Part shown: in pieces, positions 1 to 8,599 of the stretch
Numbering within the stretch: position 1 is the first letter of the stretch
Layout of the letters: each line of letters opens with the position of its first letter
IMG/VR virus record: IMGVR_UViG_3300002092_001330
Coordinates: 1 to 47,309 of that record
Reading direction: 5' to 3' (one strand)
Length of the DNA: 47,309 bases
Source: a virus
Taxonomy: Duplodnaviria > Caudoviricetes
Made by a program: the position numbers and the translations under genes
The notes under the pieces: model-generated
What the model was told of the DNA's origin: nothing
What the model saw: only the letters and a program-made list of their open reading frames with translations
The model's database searches: none

Positions 1-1
1 A

Positions 2-265
2 ATCACAACAAGTGGATTAAGTGCAGGAGCAACAACTTTATCGACTACACAAATGCCTAGTCATACACATAGTGAAACTGGTTCAACTAGAGTTTGTTAT
101 GGTTTCAATGGTGCTTGTGGTAATAGTTATGTTCCAGCAGGTTCAACAACAGGTGCTACAGGTGGTGGTGGTTCTCATACTCATACTGTTACAGGTTCAG
201 CAACTTCATCAGCAATTACTCTTAATGTTCAATATGCCAATATTATATTAGCAAGCAAAAATTGA
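2..265 (+). CDS. C-terminal fragment of a tail fibre protein (5' truncated by the window edge)
   Basis: Frame is open from base 2 (ITTSGLSAGATTLSTTQMPSHTH...GGGGSHTH...LASKN*). It is closely paralogous to the C-terminus of the 40997..42313 fibre. Confidence 0.85.
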   Translation: MTTSGLSAGATTLSTTQMPSHTHSETGSTRVCYGFNGACGNSYVPAGSTTGATGGGGSHTHTVTGSATSSAITLNVQYANIILASKN

Positions 266-318
266 TTAAATTTAGTGTATAGTAGTATTATCTTTGATGT
301 GATGCCAAAGGAAAAATT

Positions 319-921
319 ATGTTTGATTTACAATCTTTATTCTATTTCCCATCTGCTATTTATAAAATAAATAAGCCAGAATTTTTACCTGTTGCTAAAG
401 AAGTTTCAGAAGATTATATTGCAAGGGTAAAAACAAAAGTTACATTTAATGAAATTTATCCAGTTTACATGACAGAACATTTTTTTGTTGATCAAAGAAT
501 GAATAAATTTTGTGAGTTTATTGCAATTACAGCTTGGGATATTTTGCAAGAACAAGGTTATCAAATGGATAATCAGCTTACTTATTTTACCGATATGTGG
601 GCACAAGAACATCATAAACATTCACTTAATGAAGAACATATTCATGGTTATGGATCACAAATATCAGGATTTTATTTTTTAGAGTGCCCTGAAAATTGTT
701 CTAAATTAATTATCCATGATCCTAAACCATCTAAAATTATTGTCGGTTTGCCTGAAAATGATATTAGTAAAGCAACTTTAGCTTCCAATAAAATAGCCAT
801 TACACCAGAGGTGGGACAATTAGTTTTTATTAACTCATGGTTAAATCACAGTTTTGATCGTCATGGATCTAATGAACTGTTTAAATTTATTCATTTTAAT
901 ATCTCTGTAAAGACAAAATGA
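319..921 (+). CDS. Putative 2OG-Fe(II) oxygenase (TIGR02466 / 2OG-FeII_Oxy_5-like)
   Basis: HIH...ISGFYFL...DPKP...PEVGQLVFINSWLNH pattern typical of this family; AAGGA RBS. Confidence 0.8.
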   Translation: MFDLQSLFYFPSAIYKINKPEFLPVAKEVSEDYIARVKTKVTFNEIYPVYMTEHFFVDQRMNKFCEFIAITAWDILQEQGYQMDNQLTYFTDMWAQEHHKHSLNEEHIHGYGSQISGFYFLECPENCSKLIIHDPKPSKIIVGLPENDISKATLASNKIAITPEVGQLVFINSWLNHSFDRHGSNELFKFIHFNISVKTK

Positions 922-2321
922 AATACTCTGTAGTTATACCTACTTACAATCTTTGCAATAAATATTTAAAACCATGTATTGATTCTATGATTCAATATAC
1001 AGACATGGAAAATGTAGAATTGATTGTTTCTGCTAATGGGTGCGTAGACAATACAAGAGATTATTTAAACTATTTAAAAACAGCCATACCTAATTTAAAA
1101 GTAGCTTGGGATGATCAACCATTGGGTTTTCCAAAAGCTGTTAATGAAGGAATTAAATTAGCTACAACCAATAAAATTATTTTGTTAAACAATGATACTT
1201 TGTTATTACAGCAAGCTAAAAATGATTGGTTAAACTTTCTTGAAAAACCTTTTTTAGAAAACCCTAAATGTGGAATTACTTCTAGCCTTAAATTATTTTC
1301 TTCTGAAGCACAAAGACATTTTGCAGTATTTTTTTGTACCATGATTGATAGAAAGGTATTTAACAAAATTGGATTGTTAAATGAAGAATACGGAATGGGT
1401 TCTGGTGAAGATATGGAATTTTCCATAACAGCAGAAGAAGCTGGATTTGAAGTTATTCAATGTTTTCCCAATAAATTAGAAGGTCATCAATGGACAAGTC
1501 AATTTCCTATTTATCATATTGCTGAAGGCACAATGTTTGATGAATCTTTAGTACAAGGTTGGGATGAACATTTTAAAAAGAATACAAATTTAATAGCTAA
1601 AAAATTTGGTGATATTGATGTTAAAGAATCATTAAAATTTCTTTGTGAAAATGGCAGAGAAGCTACTGTTTTTTACAATGAAATCATTAAAAACAATGGT
1701 TATAACATTAGTAAAATTAGATTAAAAAATAAAGAAGTAATTGATATAGGTGCAAACATGGGAACATTTTCTTTGTTTGCTTCTAAACTAGGTGCAAATA
1801 AAGTTATTGCTGTAGAACCATCTACAAGAGTTTTAGATATATTTAAAACAAATATTGAAAAAGCAAATATTAATAACATTATACTTAAACACCATGCAGT
1901 TTCTCATGTAACTGGCAATGAATTAAAATTAGCTTTGCATGATGAATCAGGCTACAACAATACTTATGTTCAAAGTAATAATTATGAAACTGTTACCAGC
2001 ATTACTTTAAAAGACATTTTGCAAGAATTAACTACTGATTCTATATTTTTAAAAATGGATTGTGAAGGTGCTGAATACGATATTTTATTAAATGCTGATA
2101 AAAAAGATATGGATAGAATATCTCATATAGCTATGGAAGTGCACTATGAAACACATCCAATACATAAAGGTATTCATTTAATTAATGAAAAATTAAAAGG
2201 GTTTGGATTTACTTTAATACATGAGGCACAAATAGGTTTTTGGGAAGGAATTAATCCTGATGGAACTTACATTAATTACAGAGATATTCCATTTAAACAT
2301 CAGCATTGGATTAAGCAATGA
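918..2321 (+). CDS. GT2 glycosyltransferase fused to FkbM-family methyltransferase
   Basis: N-terminal SVVIPTYN...LLNND...GSGED (GT-A fold); C-terminal VIDIGANMG...AVEP...LKMDCEGAE (FkbM). Confidence 0.9.
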   Translation: MKYSVVIPTYNLCNKYLKPCIDSMIQYTDMENVELIVSANGCVDNTRDYLNYLKTAIPNLKVAWDDQPLGFPKAVNEGIKLATTNKIILLNNDTLLLQQAKNDWLNFLEKPFLENPKCGITSSLKLFSSEAQRHFAVFFCTMIDRKVFNKIGLLNEEYGMGSGEDMEFSITAEEAGFEVIQCFPNKLEGHQWTSQFPIYHIAEGTMFDESLVQGWDEHFKKNTNLIAKKFGDIDVKESLKFLCENGREATVFYNEIIKNNGYNISKIRLKNKEVIDIGANMGTFSLFASKLGANKVIAVEPSTRVLDIFKTNIEKANINNIILKHHAVSHVTGNELKLALHDESGYNNTYVQSNNYETVTSITLKDILQELTTDSIFLKMDCEGAEYDILLNADKKDMDRISHIAMEVHYETHPIHKGIHLINEKLKGFGFTLIHEAQIGFWEGINPDGTYINYRDIPFKHQHWIKQ

Positions 2322-3280
2322 TTTTGTGTTCTGTAGCTACTAGAGGTAGATATGAAAGCACTTTACCTTTGGTTTTAGAAGCCATTATTAATCAAACAAA
2401 ATTACCAGATAAATTGATTATTTGGGATGATAATGATAATGCTGAAGATGTTAGAGAAAAATTATTTTATAAATACTTTTTTCAACGATTAACTATTAAA
2501 GGTGTTCAATGGGAATGGAATTTTGCTCATAAAAAAGGTCAGCATCATATTCATCAAATGGCAAATACCAAAGGATATGATTGGGTTTGGCGAATAGATG
2601 ATGATGCTATACCAGAGCCTAATGTATTGGAAACCCTTTCACTATATGCTTTTGAAGGCATTGGTGCTGTTGGTGGTGCAATTTTAACTCCACCATTACT
2701 TTATAATAATTCTGGCATAACAGGTAAAATTGATAACATTAACAATGAATCTAATATCCAATGGAATTTTATCAATGAAACAAAAGAAGTCGAACACCTA
2801 CATTGTTCTTTTTTATATCGTGCTGGCATCTATGATTTTAATTTGGGGTTGTCTAGGGTAGCCCACAGAGAGGAAACTTTATTTACTTATGGTTTGCATC
2901 AAAAAGGTTATAAGATATTAGTTGTACCTAATGCAAACACATGGCATTTAAAAAATCCTACTGGTGGCATACGAAGTGAAACATCACAGGAAATGTATGA
3001 CCATGATGAAAAAATATTTCAAAATTTTCTTCAGTTTAGGAATAATACAATTGTTGTTCTTAATTGTGGCATGGGAGATCATATTGTTTTTAAACATATT
3101 TTATCTAATGTCAAAAACCCACTTATTTTTTCTTGCTACCCTGAAATAATAGAAGGTAAATCAATAGCTGAAGCAGAACATCTTTTTGGCGATTTAGATC
3201 AATGGAACATTTATAAAAAAATGGAACAATGGAAATGGAAAGATAGTTTAGAAAATGCTTATAGAAAGTTGTATTTATGA
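2318..3280 (+). CDS. GT2-like glycosyltransferase with C-terminal GT9-like N-lobe
   Basis: WRIDDD DxD motif and HREET; the last ~80 aa begin IVVLNCGMGDHI, resembling the GT9 G-x-G-D start. Confidence 0.75.
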   Translation: MILCSVATRGRYESTLPLVLEAIINQTKLPDKLIIWDDNDNAEDVREKLFYKYFFQRLTIKGVQWEWNFAHKKGQHHIHQMANTKGYDWVWRIDDDAIPEPNVLETLSLYAFEGIGAVGGAILTPPLLYNNSGITGKIDNINNESNIQWNFINETKEVEHLHCSFLYRAGIYDFNLGLSRVAHREETLFTYGLHQKGYKILVVPNANTWHLKNPTGGIRSETSQEMYDHDEKIFQNFLQFRNNTIVVLNCGMGDHIVFKHILSNVKNPLIFSCYPEIIEGKSIAEAEHLFGDLDQWNIYKKMEQWKWKDSLENAYRKLYL

Positions 3281-3720
3281 TTGTTATATCTCCTTACTCT
3301 AAAAAACTAAGGAATGGTAAAGAAAATCCCAAAAACTATCCATATTGGGAAGAATTAATTGCTTGGATACAAATCAATGTAGGTTTTGACATTGTTCAAG
3401 TAGGAGTTGAAGGAGAAACTAAACTTGTTGATGATTGCAGATTTAATTTGTCATTAATTGAACTAAGAAATTTAATTAAAAAATGTAATACATGGATTTC
3501 TTGCGATAGTATGTTTCAACATTTGGCTTGGTCTGAAGGAAAACAAGGAATAGTGTTATGGTCAGTATCAGATCCTTTAATTTATGGACATCCAGAAAAC
3601 ATTAATTTGTTAAAAAATAGGTCATATTTGGTACAAAATCAGTTTTTATGGTGGGATTCGTATGAATTTAACCCAGATGCTTTTGTAAAACCTAAAGAAG
3701 TGGTACACTTTTTGAAATAA
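3277..3720 (+). CDS. GT9 (heptosyltransferase-like) C-terminal lobe
   Basis: IVISPYS...KNYPYWEELI...IVQVG...ISCDSMFQHLAW...GIVLW matches the nucleotide-sugar-binding half of GT9. Confidence 0.75.
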   Translation: MIVISPYSKKLRNGKENPKNYPYWEELIAWIQINVGFDIVQVGVEGETKLVDDCRFNLSLIELRNLIKKCNTWISCDSMFQHLAWSEGKQGIVLWSVSDPLIYGHPENINLLKNRSYLVQNQFLWWDSYEFNPDAFVKPKEVVHFLK

Positions 3721-3735
3721 CTATTGGGGAATATC

Positions 3736-3909
3736 ATGTTTCAGAAAATAGCTTCTTTATTAACAAGAAAAAAACCTGTACTAATTGAATCAAAAAAACC
3801 TATTATAAAAAAAGTAATTAAAGCATCATCAAAAACTATTGTTAAATCAACGGTTAAAACTGATCTACCAAAATCAACAGTTAAAAAAGTGTCTACTAGA
3901 GGTAAGTAA
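3736..3909 (+). CDS. Small Lys-rich basic protein
   Basis: ATG at 3736 after GGGGA; very Lys-rich; stop overlaps the next start. Confidence 0.55.
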   Translation: MFQKIASLLTRKKPVLIESKKPIIKKVIKASSKTIVKSTVKTDLPKSTVKKVSTRGK

Positions 3910-4118
3910 TGGATATGGAAGCAATAATAATTGATACAGATAAACGATTAAATGCTCACGAACAAGTATGTGCTGAAAGATATAGTGGGATTTTAGATTC
4001 TTTTGAAAAGGGATCTAAGCGTATGCAAAGGATTGAATACCTTTTATATGCTGTAATTGCATCAGTATTTTTTGGTAAAGATATGATTTTAGATATTATT
4101 AAGACATTAATTAAATAA
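3909..4118 (+). CDS. Small membrane protein of the lysis cassette (holin/antiholin-like)
   Basis: HEQVCAERY coiled segment followed by a C-terminal hydrophobic helix; lies upstream of the endolysin. Confidence 0.55.
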   Translation: MDMEAIIIDTDKRLNAHEQVCAERYSGILDSFEKGSKRMQRIEYLLYAVIASVFFGKDMILDIIKTLIK

Positions 4119-4264
4119 TGGATTTATTAGACACCATTACTAAATTGTGGGCTATTGTTATAGGTTTTATAACTTTAGTAATTGTCTTAGCTAAAATGGA
4201 TGTTCGTATTGGAGTATTGGAAGAAAAAATAAAAGCCTTATTTGATTTATGGAACAAAAAATAA
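4118..4264 (+). CDS. 48-aa membrane protein (not in ORF track)
   Basis: MDLLDTITKLWAIVIGFITLVIVLAKMDVRIGVLEEKIKALFDLWNKK; TAATG coupling at both ends. Confidence 0.7.
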   Translation: MDLLDTITKLWAIVIGFITLVIVLAKMDVRIGVLEEKIKALFDLWNKK

Positions 4265-4671
4265 TGTCACTTGATCCCATTTCTGCGGCACTTGATTTAG
4301 GTACAACCTTAATTAACAAAATATTTCCTGATCCCACACAGGCATCAGAAGCAAAACTTAAATTATTAGAACTTCAGCAAAATGGTGAATTAGCCATTAT
4401 GACTACTCAAACAGACATTAATAAAACAGAAGCCTCTAATGGATCTGTATTCGTATCTGGCTGGCGACCAGCTATAGGTTGGGTATGTGCCCTAGCTTTA
4501 TGTTATCAATACTTGTTTAAACCACTAATCACTTGGGGCACTTCAGTAGCTGGATACAATTTACCACCAATGGTAGGACTTGATGACAATCTTTGGCAAC
4601 TGATGATGGGTATGCTAGGCATGGGTGGATTAAGAACTTTTGAAAAGGTTCAAGGAGTTGCTTCTAAATGA
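4264..4671 (+). CDS. Holin, 3TM GTA-type family
   Basis: FVSGWRPAIGWVC and GMLGMGGLRTFEK motifs; start moved to the coupled ATG at 4264. Confidence 0.8.
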   Translation: MSLDPISAALDLGTTLINKIFPDPTQASEAKLKLLELQQNGELAIMTTQTDINKTEASNGSVFVSGWRPAIGWVCALALCYQYLFKPLITWGTSVAGYNLPPMVGLDDNLWQLMMGMLGMGGLRTFEKVQGVASK

Positions 4672-4883
4672 CCAAAGAAAAATTATCAACTTTTGTCACA
4701 ATGATTGCAACTATTACATTATCAATTATATTATTAAGCATGGTTTTTGTTATGTTGGTTGGTTTATTTCACGACAATATAGATAACGCTAAAATATTTG
4801 AAGCTATAACTCCTGCATTTCAAACAATTGTAGGTGGATTTATTGGATTAATTACAGGCATAAAAATAGGTGAAAAAGAATGA
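4668..4883 (+). CDS. Two-TM membrane protein (holin-like)
   Basis: Two hydrophobic segments, PAFQTIVGGFIGL; directly upstream of the lysin. Confidence 0.55.
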   Translation: MTKEKLSTFVTMIATITLSIILLSMVFVMLVGLFHDNIDNAKIFEAITPAFQTIVGGFIGLITGIKIGEKE

Positions 4884-5413
4884 TTGAAAATTGGGATAAA
4901 TCGTTTGATTTAGTAATTGCCCATGAAGGTGGATTTACCAATGATCAGCGTGATAAAGGTAATCACCTACCAGATGGTCGTGAAGGTTGCACCATGTGGG
5001 GTTGTACTCAAGCCAATTGGGAAACCTATATAGGTAAACAAGTAACTCAAGATGATATGAAAAAGTTATTACCTAATGATGTTAAGCCCTATTATAAAAA
5101 ATTCTATTGGGATGCTTGTTCGTGCGATCAACTTCCTTCTGGAATGGACTATGCAGTATTTGATTTCGCTATTAATGCAGGAGTTGGCGGCAGTAAAAAA
5201 ATGCTTCAAAGGGCATTGGGAGTAGTTGTTGATGGTGCAATTGGACAAAATACTTTAAAAGCTATTCAACAGTCTGATTGTAAAGAACTGTTGCAAAAGT
5301 TTAGTGATGCTAAAACAGCTTTTTATCAAAGTCTTGGTAATTTTAATGTTTATGGTAAAGGTTGGTTACAAAGGGTAGCAGATGTTCAAAAAGTGGCTTT
5401 AACAATGACATGA
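4880..5413 (+). CDS. Endolysin, glycoside hydrolase family 108 with PG-binding domain
   Basis: HEGGFTND catalytic motif, FDFAINAG, VDGAIGQNT, YGKGWLQR. Confidence 0.9.
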   Translation: MIENWDKSFDLVIAHEGGFTNDQRDKGNHLPDGREGCTMWGCTQANWETYIGKQVTQDDMKKLLPNDVKPYYKKFYWDACSCDQLPSGMDYAVFDFAINAGVGGSKKMLQRALGVVVDGAIGQNTLKAIQQSDCKELLQKFSDAKTAFYQSLGNFNVYGKGWLQRVADVQKVALTMT

Positions 5414-5580
5414 ATGAAGATTTAAAAGAACAGACCAAAGAGCATTTTAATGGCTTTACTGGCTTTTGTTTATATTGCAATAATCCAATATCAAAAATTA
5501 AATTTTGTAGTCAAGAATGTGAAGAAGATTTTGAATTGGCTAGTAAAATTGGTTTAATTCGAGGTTTTAACAAGCATTAG
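5410..5580 (+). CDS. Small C4 zinc-finger protein
   Basis: CLYC...FCSQEC; ATGA overlap with the lysin stop. Confidence 0.6.
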   Translation: MNEDLKEQTKEHFNGFTGFCLYCNNPISKIKFCSQECEEDFELASKIGLIRGFNKH

Positions 5581-5732
5581 CTTTTTACAGATTCTTGTTC
5601 AATTGCTTGACCAATATCAGATAGCCTTTGTAGTGCTAGTTCTTTTTTAACAAGCTCAAGCTCATCATTTAAACGATTAACTTCTAACATCAGCGTAGCA
5701 ATGACTTTTTCAGTTTCATTTAATTCAATCAT
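5577..5732 (-). CDS. Hypothetical 51-aa coiled-coil protein (not in ORF track)
   Basis: MIELNETEKVIATLMLEVNRLNDELELVKKELALQRLSDIGQAIEQESVKS; coupled to the upstream gene. Confidence 0.6.
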   Translation of the reverse strand: MIELNETEKVIATLMLEVNRLNDELELVKKELALQRLSDIGQAIEQESVKS

Positions 5733-5893
5733 TTTTTTTTCCTGCATTGTTTAATTACTTCTTGAGGAACATCAATAGCTGTAGGATAAGTAGCTAATCG
5801 ACAATCATATTTTATTGGTTGTTTGGTTAATTCAGTTAAAAAAATAACAAAACCACACATAACTGTTGCTATTAGAAATGATATGGTTTTCAT
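5729..5893 (-). CDS. Small membrane-anchored protein
   Basis: MKTISFLIATVMCGFVIFL TM segment, then YDCRLA...PQEVIKQCR. Confidence 0.6.
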   Translation of the reverse strand: MKTISFLIATVMCGFVIFLTELTKQPIKYDCRLATYPTAIDVPQEVIKQCRKKK

Positions 5894-5897
5894 TATT

Positions 5898-6116
5898 TTA
5901 ATCAGCACTCTGTTTGCCATCCCAAATGTTTTCACAAGTGGTTTTTGTATAACCATAACCTGTACAATCTGCAATGTATTCATTTCTTTTACTTTGCTGA
6001 TTATCTATTACAGCAACAGTTTTTGTTTCAACTTTTGTAATATCAGGCACATTGTTACAACTACAATGACAACCAAATAAAGAATATAAAACTAATAGTA
6101 AAAAGATATATTTCAT
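5898..6116 (-). CDS. Putative Cys-rich lipoprotein/exported protein
   Basis: MKYIFLLLVLYSLFGC signal with lipobox-like LFGC. Confidence 0.5.
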   Translation of the reverse strand: MKYIFLLLVLYSLFGCHCSCNNVPDITKVETKTVAVIDNQQSKRNEYIADCTGYGYTKTTCENIWDGKQSAD

Positions 6117-6117
6117 A

Positions 6118-6363
6118 TTAATATGGCTCACAAAATACATTAACAGGAACTAACATTTTTCCATGTTCAGTAGGAACTGATAGGTATTGAACATTAGGCT
6201 TCATTTTGCTTAAAATACATCTTTTGCTATTTTGTAATACTTCATTAGAATCCATTGCAACAGCCCCACTAAACCCTGATAACTTATAAACTGGTTCTGA
6301 TGGTTTAACACTTGAGCAAGCTACTAAAAATATAATTGGCATCACGACAATTAATTTTTTCAT
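6118..6363 (-). CDS. Putative lipoprotein
   Basis: MKKLIVVMPIIFLVAC-SS, canonical lipobox. Confidence 0.7.
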   Translation of the reverse strand: MKKLIVVMPIIFLVACSSVKPSEPVYKLSGFSGAVAMDSNEVLQNSKRCILSKMKPNVQYLSVPTEHGKMLVPVNVFCEPY

Positions 6364-6548
6364 TTTTTTCTACCTTTCTGTTCTAATGTTTGTTTTAAAA
6401 GAATCAATTCACCTTCTAATTGATCTGCATGATGTTTATACATTTTTGCTTGAGTTTTAATATCAACATTTTCCAAACGAACTTTTTGAAGATCAATTTT
6501 TAAATCTTGAATAACTCGATTTAAATACTGTATTCTGTTGTCATCCAT
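6360..6548 (-). CDS. Hypothetical coiled-coil protein
   Basis: ORF in a tightly coupled operon. Confidence 0.6.
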   Translation of the reverse strand: MDDNRIQYLNRVIQDLKIDLQKVRLENVDIKTQAKMYKHHADQLEGELILLKQTLEQKGRKK

Positions 6549-6705
6549 AAAGTACCTTATAAAAAAATTGTAAAAAAATATTTTTGCTTTGTTTGTTTAA
6601 TAAACACTTTTGCACATATAGCATATCTTTGTCATTTTCTACATAAGGTCTTGGTTGATAATTAAGACCAATTTTCACTTTGCCTGTATCGTATGGAATG
6701 TTCAT
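6541..6705 (-). CDS. Hypothetical 54-aa protein (not in ORF track)
   Basis: MNIPYDTGKVKIGLNYQPRPYVENDKDMLYVQKCLL...; AGGAG RBS. Confidence 0.65.
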   Translation of the reverse strand: MNIPYDTGKVKIGLNYQPRPYVENDKDMLYVQKCLLNKQSKNIFLQFFYKVLYG

Positions 6706-6706
6706 T

Positions 6707-6862
6707 TTATTCTCCTTTGTTTACTTGTCTATAAGCCTTTATTGCTATTTTTAAATCTTCTTCCAATTGCTTAATGCGATCTTGTTGTTGTTTAATTAAT
6801 TCTATCGATTCTTTAGCAAATTGCACCAAATTATTTTTACTCCATAATTCAAAATCTGTCAC
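6707..6862 (-). CDS. Hypothetical 51-aa protein (not in ORF track)
   Basis: GTG start overlapping the upstream TGA; (M)TDFELWSKNNLVQFAKESIELIKQQQDRIKQLEEDLK... Confidence 0.6.
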   Translation of the reverse strand: MTDFELWSKNNLVQFAKESIELIKQQQDRIKQLEEDLKIAIKAYRQVNKGE

Positions 6863-7110
6863 GGATTACGCGCCTCTTGTAAAAGTTCAATACGTTCTCT
6901 GGCCACGCGCAACGTGTTATACCGTTGATGTAGACGTTGCAAAATAGACAGACGTTTATCTTGTTTTCTTTCTTGCTCTAATAACTGAAATACTTCTGCT
7001 TCATCTAATGTGTTAAGAACATCATTTAACGCTCTCCAACTTAATGCTTTCACAGGCTTCTCCTTATTAGGTTTAATAATATGACGTAAAAAACTTTTTG
7101 ACAATATCAT
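6859..7110 (-). CDS. Hypothetical protein (start uncertain)
   Basis: WRALNDVL...RLHQRYNTLRVARER; a GTG near 7053 with GGAG RBS is an alternative start. Confidence 0.65.
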   Translation of the reverse strand: MILSKSFLRHIIKPNKEKPVKALSWRALNDVLNTLDEAEVFQLLEQERKQDKRLSILQRLHQRYNTLRVARERIELLQEARNP

Positions 7111-7250
7111 TTTACTTTTTCCTTTAAATTATTAATTAACCGTTGCAATCTTGCAACATATTTATTTGCGGAGTTCGCTTGTCGTAACGCTATTTTTAAT
7201 TCTTCTTGTGCCGCTTTTAGTTTAATGCTATATAATTCTTCGCGTTTCAT
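7107..7250 (-). CDS. Hypothetical 47-aa protein (not in ORF track)
   Basis: MKREELYSIKLKAAQEELKIALRQANSANKYVARLQRLINNLKEKVK; ATGA overlap with the helicase stop. Confidence 0.6.
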   Translation of the reverse strand: MKREELYSIKLKAAQEELKIALRQANSANKYVARLQRLINNLKEKVK

Positions 7251-8599
7251 TTCAGTTCCTCAAGTGCAATATCAGAAATGGCTTTTTTAGTATCTAAAGC
7301 CGCCCAAATTTTTTCGTCAATTGTTTTGTTAGTTAATAAGATATAACACCAAACCGCTTCTTTTTGACCGCCGCGGTGTAAGCGCCCAATAGTTTGTTCA
7401 TATAATTCAAGGCTCCAAGGCAAAGATAAAAATACAATTTTGTTGCCGCCCATTTGAAGATTAAGACCATGCCCTGCGGATTTAGGATGCAATAACAATA
7501 ATTCAATTTTGCCTTTGTTCCAACGCTCAATAGCTTTATTAGCGTCTAATGTTATTGCTTGAGGATAACGGCGTTTTAATTCAGCCAATTCTTCTTTGTA
7601 GTTATAAACAATGATAGTATTTGCCCGTTGGTTTTCTGCCAATAAATCTTCTAACAATTCAAACTTATGGTTAGAAAACCATATTGATTGTTGATCCGTA
7701 ATAAATTGCCCGGGGGCATCAGGGTTGGCGTAACGCGTCGTGCTGTAGACAAACCCTGAACCCATTTGTTGTAGTTTTTGCGTTACTACCGCCGCGTTAG
7801 ATGCAATCGCTTTCGCGTCAGGAAACTCCACTACAAAATCTTTTTTCATGCGTTCATACGGTTCACGATCTGGCAAATCGCAACGCATTTCAACTGTATG
7901 CAATGGCGGTAAGGTATCTTTGTAATCGCTCGATTCTAATAAAAAAGTAGCTGGCTTAATTTTTTGCATGACGGCTTCTAAAGAACCTATACGGGGTTCC
8001 CATTGTCCAAAATCGCGATTAATACATACAAAATATTGTTGTTGAAAAACGCCTTTACTGCGGCCTAACAATGACTGATCCACAATTTTGCATTGACCAA
8101 AAACATCTTCAAGGCCATTGCTAGTAAAACTGCCTGTCAATCCCCAACGTATTTTCATAGGCTCAATGATGGACAATAAAGATTTAAAACGTACACCTGA
8201 TGGATTTTTTAATTTAGTTAATTCGTCAAAAATAATGCCGTCAAAATTTAACTGTTGTTTAACCAACCAAGGAATATTATCGTAATTAGTTACTACAATA
8301 TCGGTTTTACTTTGCAAGGCTTCTAAGCGTTTTTTAGGATCGCCAACGGCCAAAGCCAAAGTCATATTTAACTTCCATTTAATTAGTTCTTGCGGCCACA
8401 CATCGGTGCATACTCGTTTGGGCGCCAACACCAACCAACGCTTAACAATTTTGATGTTTAACATTTCTTGCATAGCCGTTAAAGATATTAGGGTTTTCCC
8501 TGCCCCTACAGATGCAAGAATCATAGCGCGATTGCGTTCGTATAAAAAATCAATGGCGTTTTCTTGATAATCTCTTAATTTCATATTGTTGCAATCCAA
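7247..8599 (-). CDS. SNF2-family (SF2) helicase
   Basis: VGAGKT, IIFDE, GLTGS, HPKSAGHGLNLQ, QTIGRLHRGGQ motifs. Confidence 0.92.
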   Translation of the reverse strand: MDCNNMKLRDYQENAIDFLYERNRAMILASVGAGKTLISLTAMQEMLNIKIVKRWLVLAPKRVCTDVWPQELIKWKLNMTLALAVGDPKKRLEALQSKTDIVVTNYDNIPWLVKQQLNFDGIIFDELTKLKNPSGVRFKSLLSIIEPMKIRWGLTGSFTSNGLEDVFGQCKIVDQSLLGRSKGVFQQQYFVCINRDFGQWEPRIGSLEAVMQKIKPATFLLESSDYKDTLPPLHTVEMRCDLPDREPYERMKKDFVVEFPDAKAIASNAAVVTQKLQQMGSGFVYSTTRYANPDAPGQFITDQQSIWFSNHKFELLEDLLAENQRANTIIVYNYKEELAELKRRYPQAITLDANKAIERWNKGKIELLLLHPKSAGHGLNLQMGGNKIVFLSLPWSLELYEQTIGRLHRGGQKEAVWCYILLTNKTIDEKIWAALDTKKAISDIALEELK

